Positions 9,546-19,399 of a DNA stretch of 64,000 nucleotides are shown here, piece after piece. This stretch comes from Rubripirellula sp. (GTDB taxonomy: Bacteria > Planctomycetota > Planctomycetia > Pirellulales > Pirellulaceae): positions 5,568,001 through 5,632,000 of the forward strand of contig OZ244207.1 of the NCBI GenBank assembly GCA_965216875.1, given 5' to 3'. A program made the position numbers and the translations under genes. Position 1 is the stretch's first letter. Every line of letters starts with the position of its first letter. Under the pieces are notes generated by a model. It was not told where the DNA came from and ran no database searches. It saw only the letters and a program-made list of their open reading frames with translations.

Positions 9546-11000
9546 CTAGGGGCGTTCTATCTTCACTTGAAGCCGTTCATGGCGGGCGTCCCAGCCGACG
9601 ACCGTGCCGCGGCCCGTCCACAGGTCGCGACCGATATTCTCGAATTCGTCTGCCAGCTCATGGGGGATGTAAAGGACCAATGGTAGAGCGGGATCACGGT
9701 AGCGAGCCCAAACCGCGTAGCCATCCTTGTAGACGTGTGGATCCTCCGCGCCGGTATACAACAACCGCCGCTCGACAATCGCCTCGATCGAGAAGGTCAA
9801 TCCTGTGACCGCTTCGACCAGCATTTCAACTTGATCGCGATCTTCGCGAGAGGCCCAAAGATGAGCGGCGGTCTCGGCGAAGGTGAGCTCACCACCGGAA
9901 ACCGACGGAGGACTCGACGGAGGACTTGAAGCCGGCGCAGAACGGGTGGCGGCCGGCGAGCCAAGTTGAGCCGCATCGACGGGACGTGGCGATTGCTCAG
10001 AACTCGACGCGTCGTCAGGGCTGGATGAGGGCACGACCGTCAGCGTCAGGTCTTTGCTCCAATCGGGCCAACGTGGAATGTCGACTCTCAGTTCCACGTT
10101 CCAGATCAAATCATTGTCGTCCAAATCAAGCGAATAGGGCGCGTCATCAGGCAACGTAAAATCGAGCTTGTATTCTTTCGGCGCTCCGGCCTGCAGCGTC
10201 GTCGCCTCTTCCAACGTCACGATCCGCTCGAAGAAAACCTTTTTGTGCGTGGTCCGATTGCTACCACTTCCGCTCACCACCTGCTCTCGAGCCTCGATCT
10301 TCATCGTGATGCCGTTGACGTTGACGTTTCGTCTCGGCTGCAACGCCAACTGACCACCAACATGACCACCTGGCGTCAACGTTTCTTCATCAAGGTAGTA
10401 GGTCACTTCGCCCAACAATCGTTTTGGCAAAAAGACGCGAACAAACCAAGTTCCAATCCCGATTGCACAGATCAAGCCAAACAAGATCAGTCCGCACGGA
10501 AAGGTTGCGACGGCGACAAAACCACCAATGCCAAAGAACGCCAACAGAATCACCGAGACCACGACCCAAGCGACAAGACCGCCGGTCTGCTTCGTCACCG
10601 ATTCCTTGACTTCGTATTCACCTGCACTGCTTGGACGCATCAAGAACGGCGCAGATGCTTTGGGATCGAAGCCCCATGGGATCTTTGCGCGCGCGTCAAC
10701 GTAATGATCGACGTTCAAATAATGGCCGTGATAGCTGGGAGGCCAATTTGCGACCTTGAGTTCGAACCGGTACGACTCCGTTTGACCCGCTTTCCATTCG
10801 CCCTCATAGAGCGTGAGTGAGGTTTCAGTACCAGTGTCGACATTGCCGCGACCGTGAGTCTTCCACCCCGAGGTGACCTCAAGACCCTTGCAATTGACAT
10901 CGGCATCAGCGCGCACATGAATCACACCGGTGATCGTCTCGCCACCGTTGTAAACGCGCTGAGGTTCATCCAGTTCAATCGATAAATCGCATTTCGCCAT
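9546..11000 (-). CDS. SpoOM/arrestin-like beta-sandwich membrane protein
   Basis: Two arrestin-like repeats (GGETITGVIHV..WKTHGRGN..PPSYHG; GGHVGGQL..PDDAPYS..LIWNVELRVDIPRWPD) around two TM helices; start MAKCDL at 11000. Confidence 0.7.
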   Translation of the reverse strand: MAKCDLSIELDEPQRVYNGGETITGVIHVRADADVNCKGLEVTSGWKTHGRGNVDTGTETSLTLYEGEWKAGQTESYRFELKVANWPPSYHGHYLNVDHYVDARAKIPWGFDPKASAPFLMRPSSAGEYEVKESVTKQTGGLVAWVVVSVILLAFFGIGGFVAVATFPCGLILFGLICAIGIGTWFVRVFLPKRLLGEVTYYLDEETLTPGGHVGGQLALQPRRNVNVNGITMKIEAREQVVSGSGSNRTTHKKVFFERIVTLEEATTLQAGAPKEYKLDFTLPDDAPYSLDLDDNDLIWNVELRVDIPRWPDWSKDLTLTVVPSSSPDDASSSEQSPRPVDAAQLGSPAATRSAPASSPPSSPPSVSGGELTFAETAAHLWASREDRDQVEMLVEAVTGLTFSIEAIVERRLLYTGAEDPHVYKDGYAVWARYRDPALPLVLYIPHELADEFENIGRDLWTGRGTVVGWDARHERLQVKIERP

Positions 11001-11661
11001 GGTGAAACTTCTGAGCTTGAACTCGTTCGTAAAGGTACCCTTCGATACCGCGAAAATCACATTCGAAACGCTGCACGAGCGTTTCAGCATCCTGCACAGA
11101 CAATTCCGGCACAGGGCCCGCGGCAAGTCGCGACGCCTCGATGCGCCGATTCAGGACTTCGGCCAGCAAACGCGCGTCGTTACCTTGTCCAATACATTCG
11201 GTATGAACTTGATAGCCAAATCGCCGCAGCGACCGAGTCAGATCTCGATGCGTTGCAAGCACCAAAGGTAGCCCCGTCGCAAAGATCGACCTGCGTACGC
11301 GTTTGGGCAGTCGCTGAGCTTCGTCGACTAGCAGCGGACTCCCCTCAGCAATCGCCGGGCACGGTTCGTCCTCGGGAAGATAGACGTAGTGAGCATCTGC
11401 GAATGATGCAGCCAACACCAACATGCGTGTCGTCTTTCCGCGACCACAATCTCCGATGAATTGAACTGCCGTTTTTGGTTCGCTCAGTTTTTCACGAATC
11501 GCAGCCACATCAACGACCGCAACTTCAACGCGTTCGGCGCGCGTCAATTCACCAAACGGATTGCGACGTAGATTGCACCATGCCCACGGCAACCAACCAC
11601 CCTCGGCGCGATCCGTTTCGGATGCGGCCGATGTTAAGTTTGTGTTGCCAACGTCAAGCAC
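10975..11661 (-). CDS. Small P-loop NTPase, hypothetical
   Basis: Walker A GDCGRGKTT, Walker B LLVDEAQ, N-terminal RNPF; overlaps the next gene; start (GTG 11661) uncertain. Confidence 0.7.
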   Translation of the reverse strand: MLDVGNTNLTSAASETDRAEGGWLPWAWCNLRRNPFGELTRAERVEVAVVDVAAIREKLSEPKTAVQFIGDCGRGKTTRMLVLAASFADAHYVYLPEDEPCPAIAEGSPLLVDEAQRLPKRVRRSIFATGLPLVLATHRDLTRSLRRFGYQVHTECIGQGNDARLLAEVLNRRIEASRLAAGPVPELSVQDAETLVQRFECDFRGIEGYLYERVQAQKFHHGEMRFID

Positions 11662-11744
11662 GGCGATCAAGTCCTTGGGAAGAGCCGGACAGGATGAAAG
11701 ATTGTGGGCTATGATGCTCGCTTTGACCCCAACGATGCAACCGG

Positions 11745-12470
11745 ATGAACCAAACACAAGCCGAATCGAGCTTGGTAAAGCGAAAAGGCAGCTTCTCGCT
11801 GCGTTTTCTTGTGCCGACCCTGCTGGTCGCCTGCGGCATTGTCCTTCTCGCATCGGGAATCGACATTCGCGATACCCAACAATGGCTGCGATCCTTGGGG
11901 ATTTGGGCGCCCTTTGCCTTTATCTTTATCGCAATCGCCCTGATGTCCGTGCTGTTGCCCAAAACAGCGATTTCAGTCACCGCAGGCGTCCTGTTTGGGA
12001 CGACAACAGGCAGCGTGCTGATGGTGATCATCGCCGTCACAGCCGCGACCACAAACTATTGCATCGGTCGCTGGTGGCTCAAAGATTCCATTGACCAACG
12101 TCTCGACACTGCCGCGACCGACCAGGGCAAAACGCGATTGCTGAGGACCATTCGCGACATGGCTGGAGATGCAGGTTTCTTCTCGCACCTGCTTGTTCGA
12201 CTTGCCCCCATTCCCACGATGGTCATCAGCTATTCAATGGGAGCGGCTGGCGCAAGAGTACGTCCCTACCTGTTGGCAGCCGCCGTCGCTGTCATTCCTC
12301 AAATGTTATGGGTGCACAGCGGAAGCGTAGCCACCTCGATCGGAACCGCGGACTCAAACGTGGCACAATGGACCGGTGTGGTCGTTTCAGTCATCATGGC
12401 GATCCTAATCAGCATCCTCATCCCGCGTGCAGCGATGAAACGGCTTGCTGAATGTTCATCCTCTCACTGA
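11745..12470 (+). CDS. TVP38/TMEM64 (DedA/VTT superfamily) membrane protein
   Basis: LLPKTAISVTAGVLFG and LVRLAPIPTMVISYSMG motifs, multiple TM helices. Confidence 0.88.
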   Translation: MNQTQAESSLVKRKGSFSLRFLVPTLLVACGIVLLASGIDIRDTQQWLRSLGIWAPFAFIFIAIALMSVLLPKTAISVTAGVLFGTTTGSVLMVIIAVTAATTNYCIGRWWLKDSIDQRLDTAATDQGKTRLLRTIRDMAGDAGFFSHLLVRLAPIPTMVISYSMGAAGARVRPYLLAAAVAVIPQMLWVHSGSVATSIGTADSNVAQWTGVVVSVIMAILISILIPRAAMKRLAECSSSH

Positions 12471-12957
12471 ACCCCCTCTCACTGAACCGCATGCTACGTT
12501 GAACGAAACCGACTCCTCAAAACTCCCTTCCAAAGAACGGTCATCGGTCTACGAATCAGCAATCGACCTGTGGGTCGCAGTGCTTCTGTTCATGGGCCCA
12601 GCCTTTGCATCAGCGGTCGCCATCTACCTGCTGAGCGTGCAAAAACATAGCGAAGCATCGCTGATGTTTGTTACCGCTGCGATCACCTTGGTGGTTACCG
12701 CCGCATTCACCATGCCCTGCCGCTACACGTTGCTCGAAGACACCCTTTCGATCCGCTGCGGAATCATCTTCTACCAAGTTTCTCTGGCCGACATTGAAAA
12801 AGTCGAACGCAGCTCGAGCATGAAGAGCGCCCCTGCCCTCTCGCTATCACGTGTCGCAATCAAGACCGCAAAGCGAACCTACTTGATTTCGCCAAAAGGG
12901 CGCGAGGAGTTCATCGTCGAACTGAAAAAAGCCCTTCCGAAAAATCCCGACGCTTGA
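12445..12957 (+). CDS. Two-TM protein with bacterial PH domain
   Basis: Two TM helices then YTLLEDTLSIRCG..IEKVE..APALSLSRVAI..YLISPKGREEFI; true start may be TTG near 12499. Confidence 0.75.
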   Translation: MLNVHPLTEPPLTEPHATLNETDSSKLPSKERSSVYESAIDLWVAVLLFMGPAFASAVAIYLLSVQKHSEASLMFVTAAITLVVTAAFTMPCRYTLLEDTLSIRCGIIFYQVSLADIEKVERSSSMKSAPALSLSRVAIKTAKRTYLISPKGREEFIVELKKALPKNPDA

Positions 12958-12970
12958 GCCCACCAGCGCT

Positions 12971-13031
12971 GTTTGTCGTCCCGGCTTTGTCGGGTTGTGA
13001 GAAGATTCCGGCTGAAGCCGGTACTGCGAAC
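12971..13031. repeat. REP doublet, GTAGTAC family
   Basis: Degenerate GTTTGTCGTCCCGGCTTTGTCGG facing GAAGATTCCGGCTGAAGCCGGTACTGCGAAC, between convergent genes. Confidence 0.6.
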
Positions 13032-13052
13032 GGCACGCGGTACCGCATTCTT

Positions 13053-13895
13053 CTAGTCGTTGGCGCATCCCAATTCGTCATGACGACGAAACACGAATTC
13101 GTTGCAGCCCCATCCGTTACCAACCGTCTTGATTCGATCTAGAACGAAGCCGCGTCTCCGCAGCGGCATGATCACGCGATCGGGCGTCGCCACCTCGAAC
13201 GGCAAACCACCGATCCAATCGACCCAGTCGTGCCAAGCCGACATGCCGCGGTCTTTCTTCTTGGCCTTCCAATCCGCAAACGGCAATGGGTTCTTCAACC
13301 GCGCGACACGCGCCAACACGAACTTGGCCTCGTACCAGCCGGCAATGACCAACACCCAGAGTGGCCGAATGACTTTAGGCAAACGATTGTAAACTCGCTT
13401 GATCTTTAGCCATCGCCGACTTGCACTCCCTTGGTCGTTGTAGATCGCGATGAAGAAGTGCCCCTTGTCCGAAACACAATCCGAAGCAATTCGAATCGCC
13501 CGATCCATCTCACCCGTATGGTGCAGGACGCCCCACGAATAGACGACATCGAACTTCCCGATCGACTGCATCAACGTGTCATCAAGGACAGAACCTTGGC
13601 CGACGTCCCAGCGACGATGGGACAGGTCGGCGCCATAGGTGCTTCGCAAATGCTCGGCACATGCTACCGATTGGTTGTCAAAGTCAATTGAAACGACATC
13701 CGCTCCCAACCGATGCGCCGCAAGCGAAAAAAGACCACTCCCGCTGCCGATATCAAGAAACGATTTTCCTGCGAGCGATTCGACTTGCAGCATCTCTTTA
13801 AGAGAAACCACAGCCTGATCGATCCGTTCTTGGTCCAATGTGTCCAAGAAGGATTGCCAGTTCTTTCCGAATTCAAATCGTTCTGAATCACTCAT
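13053..13895 (-). CDS. Class I SAM-dependent methyltransferase
   Basis: FLDIGSGSG motif I, FDVVYSWGVLHHTG, N-terminal RFEFGKNW. Confidence 0.9.
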   Translation of the reverse strand: MSDSERFEFGKNWQSFLDTLDQERIDQAVVSLKEMLQVESLAGKSFLDIGSGSGLFSLAAHRLGADVVSIDFDNQSVACAEHLRSTYGADLSHRRWDVGQGSVLDDTLMQSIGKFDVVYSWGVLHHTGEMDRAIRIASDCVSDKGHFFIAIYNDQGSASRRWLKIKRVYNRLPKVIRPLWVLVIAGWYEAKFVLARVARLKNPLPFADWKAKKKDRGMSAWHDWVDWIGGLPFEVATPDRVIMPLRRRGFVLDRIKTVGNGWGCNEFVFRRHDELGCAND

Positions 13896-14106
13896 ACACG
13901 ACTACCGGTTCCCCGCAATTCATCGCTCTAAATCAACGCCATCGTAGATGCAGATCGAGGTTGCTTCCGATCGAAAAAACCGCCTGAATATGGCGAATTC
14001 GTCGATCACTTCCTATCGGCACGATCGTATAGATTGAAGGGAGCCGCCAAAAGACCCAGGCGGCCGCTTCACGCAAATGGTTTCGCACTGGTCAGGGAGC
14101 ACGCCC

Positions 14107-15540
14107 ATGGATTTCGCCGCTTGTTCACGTCGCCTCGTTGTACTCGCCATTGTCATTCTTGCAGCTCTCTGGCCAAGCTTTGCAATCGGCAACGAAGCCA
14201 AGAGCACGGTGATCCAAGACGTTCCGCATGTTCGTCAGAAACCTGATTTTTGCGGCGAGGCCTGTGTCGCCGCTTGGCTTCAAAAACTTGGAAGCACCCT
14301 CTCCCAGGACGACGTCTTCAATGTCTCAGGCGTTGACCCCGCGCTCGGTCGTGGTTGCTACACACGTGATCTCGCCAACGCGTTGCGTCAACTCCGATTT
14401 GACTGTGGCCCCGTCTGGCACACCATCGAACCAGCCAAGAAAGAGGTGCAACTTGCAACGCTCTGGCAAACGGTTGCCAAGGACCTCGCTGATGGCACTC
14501 CCTCGATCATCTGCATGCGGACCAGCAATGACGCTTCGGCGACCGAACACTTTCGATTGATCCTCGGTTACGACGCAACTCGCGACGAGGTGATCTACCA
14601 CGAACCCGCTGCCGATCGCGGCGCTTACCATCGAATTGACCGCGAAGAGTTGATCGACCTTTGGCCTCTCAAATACACCGCCGACAAATGGACGGTCGTT
14701 CGCTTTGCCCTACGCAGTACGAACCTTCCCGCGTTGCCTCAACAATCCGGCTTCACCAGCGCGGACTACGCCCAACACATCATCGAACTGAAACGACGTC
14801 TACCGGGCAAAGAGTTCAAGGTGCTTGTCGAACCGCCGTTTGTTGTCGTCGGTGATGAATCGACCGCCCGACTACGTCAACGAAGTGAGCGAACGGTGCG
14901 TTGGGCGACCAAGCGACTCAAAGATTCCTATTTCTCGAAAGACCCCAACCAAATCCTCGACATCTGGCTTTTTAAAGACAAAGTCAGTTACGAGACCAAT
15001 ACGATCCACCTGTTCGGTAGCTTGCCGACAACACCGTATGGGTACTACTCATCAACCGATGGTGCCTTGGTGATGAACATCTCGACTGGCGGCGGCACAC
15101 TCGTACACGAAATCGTTCACCCGTTCATCGAGTCGAACTTTCCGGCTTGTCCCTCATGGTTCAACGAAGGACTCGGTTCACTCTACGAACAAAGCAGTTC
15201 ACGTGACGGCAAGATCATTGGCCTCACCAATTGGCGACTCGCCGGACTCCAGCGCGCAATCAAGGCAGGATCAGTCCCGTCATTTGGCCAACTCTGCGGA
15301 ACGACCACCAACGAGTTTTATCGAGCAGACCCTGGGACCAATTACGCCCAAGCTCGCTACCTCTGCTACTACCTGCAAGAACACGGATTGCTTCGCAAGT
15401 TTTATCACGACTTCGTCAAGAATCACAAAGCCGACCCGAGCGGCTATCAAACGCTCAAGCAAACACTGAAAGTCGACGACATGGATGCGTTCAAGAAAGA
15501 CTGGGAAGCGTACGTGATGAAGTTGCGTTTCGAGAGATAG
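14107..15540 (+). CDS. Exported C39-like cysteine peptidase domain fused to an HExxH zinc metallopeptidase domain
   Basis: Signal peptide; VPHVRQKPDFCGEAC...EHFRLILGYD..VIYHEP; later GTLVHEIVH...WFNEGL. Confidence 0.78.
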   Translation: MDFAACSRRLVVLAIVILAALWPSFAIGNEAKSTVIQDVPHVRQKPDFCGEACVAAWLQKLGSTLSQDDVFNVSGVDPALGRGCYTRDLANALRQLRFDCGPVWHTIEPAKKEVQLATLWQTVAKDLADGTPSIICMRTSNDASATEHFRLILGYDATRDEVIYHEPAADRGAYHRIDREELIDLWPLKYTADKWTVVRFALRSTNLPALPQQSGFTSADYAQHIIELKRRLPGKEFKVLVEPPFVVVGDESTARLRQRSERTVRWATKRLKDSYFSKDPNQILDIWLFKDKVSYETNTIHLFGSLPTTPYGYYSSTDGALVMNISTGGGTLVHEIVHPFIESNFPACPSWFNEGLGSLYEQSSSRDGKIIGLTNWRLAGLQRAIKAGSVPSFGQLCGTTTNEFYRADPGTNYAQARYLCYYLQEHGLLRKFYHDFVKNHKADPSGYQTLKQTLKVDDMDAFKKDWEAYVMKLRFER

Positions 15541-15562
15541 ACGTAGGTGCGGTACGACAAAC

Positions 15563-15601
15563 ATCCGCGGCACATCCGTGTGATCCGCGTTATCGGTGGT
15601 T
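15563..15601 (+). repeat. Short-period ATCCGYG repeat
   Basis: ATCCGCGGCAC-ATCCGTGTG-ATCCGCGTT-ATCGGTGGTT, four imperfect units, intergenic. Confidence 0.5.
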
Positions 15602-15688
15602 CCCTTTTTCTAATTGATCGTGAGCGAATCACCGTCGGCACGCATGGCGACCAGCGAGAAGAAGGCTAGGTGCGTGCAAGCACACACC

Positions 15689-16861
15689 CTACTTGAAATG
15701 CTCGGCGATCACTTCGGGGAGCTTGTCGTCGGCCAGACCTGCCTTGCCTCGGTCGCCCATACGCATTTGGACGTTTAGTGCAGCATCCTCGGCAATGTGA
15801 TCCCAGAATTTGCGAATCACTTTGTCGTCAAGCTCTTCATACGATCGGAACAGTCGCATTCCGACCCCGCGTGCTGGGTCATCCGAGAACCACCAAGGAC
15901 TCTTGGGGTAATTGGGATCCTCGTTCTTCCAAACACCATCATCGGAAACCATCCGCGCGGCACTCCGTAGCTGCTCGGGATCGTCTTCCCATGTGCCACC
16001 GCGTACGACACACCCCGTTTCTGTTTCGGGCCATTTCACGACATCGATTGCATTGACCGACTCTTTGTCGGCAAGCCACGCGTAGCCGTCTTCGGTGTGC
16101 GCGTTGACCGTCCACTCGGCAACGTTTCCATGCATGTCGTACAAACCGAATGCGTTTGGCTTCTTTTGGCCGCCAGGCAATTGACCGTTCTCGGCGTTGT
16201 CAAAGTACCAAGCATGGTCGTCGACGCTGTCCGCATCATCACCCCAACTGTACGCGGTCTTTGTTCCCGCGCGACACGCGTATTCCCATTCGGCTTCGGT
16301 TGGAACCCGAAACTGTTGTCCCGTGATGGCCGACAGCCATTCGGTGTACTGCATTGCAGCATACTGAGTCATCGTCACTGCTGGCTGATCAGGTTCTTCG
16401 CCGTATTCAAAGGTGTAGGTCGGTTCGTAAAGCGGAGTCGGTGCGGTGATGGCATCGGGTTGCTCGACCGATTTGATCGGGCGAACGCCGCTCGCCTCGA
16501 ACTCAGTAAAGACTTCATACAGGTTCATGTACTCTTTGTACTCTTCCCAGCGCACTTCGTACTTTGCGACCCACATCGGTGGCACATTGACAGTGATCTG
16601 CGGACCTTCGTCGTCGTTTCGGTCGGCTTCCGATTCAGGACTACCAAGCAAGAAGGTTCCACCGGGAACAGGAACCATGTCAAACGAGATATCGGTACCA
16701 GGTATCCGCGTTGTGTACGGAACCATGTATTTGCCATCCACTTCGACGAAAAGCCCATCAGCCGGTTTTTCAGTGACAACGCCGACGCGATCTTCTGCGG
16801 CCTGCGAGACAACACTCAGGCCAATCAACAACGCGAAACCAAATGCAATCAGACGAACCAA
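15689..16861 (-). CDS. FGE-sulfatase (SUMF1/EgtB/PvdO-like) domain protein, exported
   Basis: MVPVPGGTFLLGS, RVPTEAEWEYACRAG, PNAFGLYDMHGNVAEW, VVRGG; start (TTG 16861, GGAG upstream) inferred. Confidence 0.88.
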   Translation of the reverse strand: MVRLIAFGFALLIGLSVVSQAAEDRVGVVTEKPADGLFVEVDGKYMVPYTTRIPGTDISFDMVPVPGGTFLLGSPESEADRNDDEGPQITVNVPPMWVAKYEVRWEEYKEYMNLYEVFTEFEASGVRPIKSVEQPDAITAPTPLYEPTYTFEYGEEPDQPAVTMTQYAAMQYTEWLSAITGQQFRVPTEAEWEYACRAGTKTAYSWGDDADSVDDHAWYFDNAENGQLPGGQKKPNAFGLYDMHGNVAEWTVNAHTEDGYAWLADKESVNAIDVVKWPETETGCVVRGGTWEDDPEQLRSAARMVSDDGVWKNEDPNYPKSPWWFSDDPARGVGMRLFRSYEELDDKVIRKFWDHIAEDAALNVQMRMGDRGKAGLADDKLPEVIAEHFK

Positions 16862-16964
16862 GACGAACACTCCAAAGGTATGGATTGAGATTTGCTTTGT
16901 GACCACCGGCACCGCAGTCATTGTAGCGGATACCGCGCCAAGTTCCCCGCAGACTTCACGCTGC

Positions 16965-18236
16965 TCAATTCGCAGGTCCGTTTTCTCGTTCCCTACGGCG
17001 ACGTTCCCGTTCACGCTTCCACTCCATCTCTTTACGACGGTATTCCTTGATCGCCGGCAGAAGGTTTTCATTAGCGAGGCCGATTTGACTGTGGCCTGAA
17101 TCGAGTTTCATTTGGACGTCCTGCTTCACTTTTTCACTGGTGTGGTTCCAGAATTTCTTTATCAGTTCGTCATCAAGTGGTTTGTAAGATCGAAACAAGC
17201 GAAAACCGACGCCGCGTGCAGGATCGGAAGTGAACCACCAGGGGCTGCGTGGAAAATCGGGATCTTCCATTTTCCATTCGTCGTCGTCCGATTCGAGTCG
17301 CACGGCACAGCGAACATCCTTGGCATCGTCTTCCCATTGGCCGCCTCGGACAACACACGACGTGGCGCGCACGGGCCACTTCACCACGTCAATCGCGTTC
17401 ACCGGTTGCTCGCGATCTCCAAGCCAATCATAGGACTTCGTATAGGCATTGACGGTCCACTCGCCGACATTGCCGAGCATGTCATGCAATCCAAATGCGT
17501 TCGGCTTTTTTGATCCAACGGTGCTGTATCCTTCGTGGTCGATCTCACTGTCGAACGACCAAGCGTACAGATCACTCTTGGACACATCTTCGCCCCAAGA
17601 AAATGCTTTGGCGGACCCGGCGCGACATGCGTATTCCCATTCGGCCTCGGTCGGCAGTCGGTATTGCGCCCCCACCATCGCGCTCAACCACTTCGTGTAT
17701 TGCTGAGCGGCGAACTGGGTCATCGAGATTGCGGGCAACTTTGGGCCGCGGCCAAACTCGTAAATGAAAAGTGGTTCATAAAGCGGGGTCGGAGTCGTCA
17801 TAGCATCCACATGCTCGAGAGTGACCTGTGCTCCATGCGTGCGCTCGTACTCGCGCATCACGTCGTACATGTCGACGTACTGGTCGTACTCGGCCTGAGT
17901 CACTTCGCATTTGGCGACCCACATTGGATTCACTTCGACAAAGACGACGGGCCCTTCGTCTGCATTGCGATTCGGCTCACCGGATGGACTGCCCATCAGA
18001 TACTTGCCACCCGGAACAGGAATCATCTCAAAAGTGATGTCCGTGCCAGGAATGCGTTCGGTATAGGGCACCATGAACTGATCCCCAACCTTGACGAAGC
18101 GTCCCTCTTTGGGGCGTTGCGCCGCGATTCCTTTCGAATCTGCCGCGCCGGATTGCTTTTGCGCGATCACCGCGGGCGACGATGATGCAAGAACAAACAG
18201 GGCGATGACTGCTGAGAGAGATTTCAGATTCAACAT
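16965..18236 (-). CDS. FGE-sulfatase domain protein, exported; tandem paralogue
   Basis: RLPTEAEWEYACRAG, PNAFGLHDMLGNVGEW, VVRGGQW, GVGFRL; signal peptide from MLNLKS. Confidence 0.88.
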   Translation of the reverse strand: MLNLKSLSAVIALFVLASSSPAVIAQKQSGAADSKGIAAQRPKEGRFVKVGDQFMVPYTERIPGTDITFEMIPVPGGKYLMGSPSGEPNRNADEGPVVFVEVNPMWVAKCEVTQAEYDQYVDMYDVMREYERTHGAQVTLEHVDAMTTPTPLYEPLFIYEFGRGPKLPAISMTQFAAQQYTKWLSAMVGAQYRLPTEAEWEYACRAGSAKAFSWGEDVSKSDLYAWSFDSEIDHEGYSTVGSKKPNAFGLHDMLGNVGEWTVNAYTKSYDWLGDREQPVNAIDVVKWPVRATSCVVRGGQWEDDAKDVRCAVRLESDDDEWKMEDPDFPRSPWWFTSDPARGVGFRLFRSYKPLDDELIKKFWNHTSEKVKQDVQMKLDSGHSQIGLANENLLPAIKEYRRKEMEWKRERERRRRERENGPAN

Positions 18237-18493
18237 TTCAACTCGCGTTTTTGGTCCCGCGTGAAACTCAAACTTCGGCATCCACATCTTCCTCGCTTCC
18301 GTGGGGCGGCTCAACCGACCGCGTCAACCTAGGCGTCATATTTTGACTCAGCCGCACACCGTGCCAGATTCCTACAACGGGAACAGGAATGATGGGCAAA
18401 ACCAGCCATTTCCGCCACAAACGGGGGCCCCAGCGGATCGATACCGTTACGAGTCGATGGGCTCCAACCCTACCAACACCGGAAACGCATGCC

Positions 18494-19375
18494 ATGACTC
18501 GCCCCGTTTGCATCGCCGTGCTACTCGTCTTCGCGGCGTTGAATTCCGCAAACGCTCAGAGCACGAACTCCAATCGCAGCTATGAGTGGACCGCTGGTGG
18601 AGGTTTATGGGGTTCACTGCTGCCATCGTATGAATTGGGCGCAACCCCAGCTGGCAGCCCCGCCTACCGCGACAGCTTGAACAATCTTGGCGGCATCACT
18701 CAGATGAAAGTGGTGCGTCGTTGGCTGTGGACGCGAACGAATTTCGAAGCCAAGGGCTTCTTCGCCGCAAGCGATTCAACAGCATCCTCTGGGATGGTCG
18801 ATGCCGATGTGCCAGATCCCATCACGGGCGCAATCTCGAACCTGACGGGCGGACAACCGTACCTGAAAAGCAAAGCCCAAAACTACGGTGGCGACATTGG
18901 GCTGCGCGACACGTGGCGAACGCGCTTCGGCGGACTGTCGGCGGGCGCATTGTTCAGCTACATGCGGCTGGACCAAAAGTTCGACGTCAACTACTCAGCG
19001 ACCGACCTGTTTCGCGAAGACCTCGATAGCGAGTTTCGTGGCGGCAAAGCGGTCTTTGGCTGGGATGGCTACATTAAAGGTTGCCCGACCAACCTGGACC
19101 TGCAGATCGGATTCTACGATTTGAACACAGACTACCGAGTCGTCGGCCAAGCGACGCCTGGTCAATCGCGAACACGCTGGCAGCGAAACTCGACAACCAT
19201 CGAAACCAGCATCACGGCTCGTAAATGCGTCTACGATGTCGAAGTCATTGGAACACTCGGCGTGATGTACATCACCGACATGCCTGCGATTGCTCACAAT
19301 GTCGGGGCGCCCGCGAGCATCTTTTCGGATGACGCCGTGACCATCACAGGCGCGGTTGAAGTCCTGCTCTGGTAG
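18494..19375 (+). CDS. Exported hypothetical protein, probable outer-membrane beta-barrel
   Basis: Signal peptide (ANA|Q), alternating hydrophobic beta-strands, C-terminal aromatic (VEVLLW). Confidence 0.6.
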   Translation: MTRPVCIAVLLVFAALNSANAQSTNSNRSYEWTAGGGLWGSLLPSYELGATPAGSPAYRDSLNNLGGITQMKVVRRWLWTRTNFEAKGFFAASDSTASSGMVDADVPDPITGAISNLTGGQPYLKSKAQNYGGDIGLRDTWRTRFGGLSAGALFSYMRLDQKFDVNYSATDLFREDLDSEFRGGKAVFGWDGYIKGCPTNLDLQIGFYDLNTDYRVVGQATPGQSRTRWQRNSTTIETSITARKCVYDVEVIGTLGVMYITDMPAIAHNVGAPASIFSDDAVTITGAVEVLLW

Positions 19376-19399
19376 AAGAACGCCTACTGGTTTCCGCCA

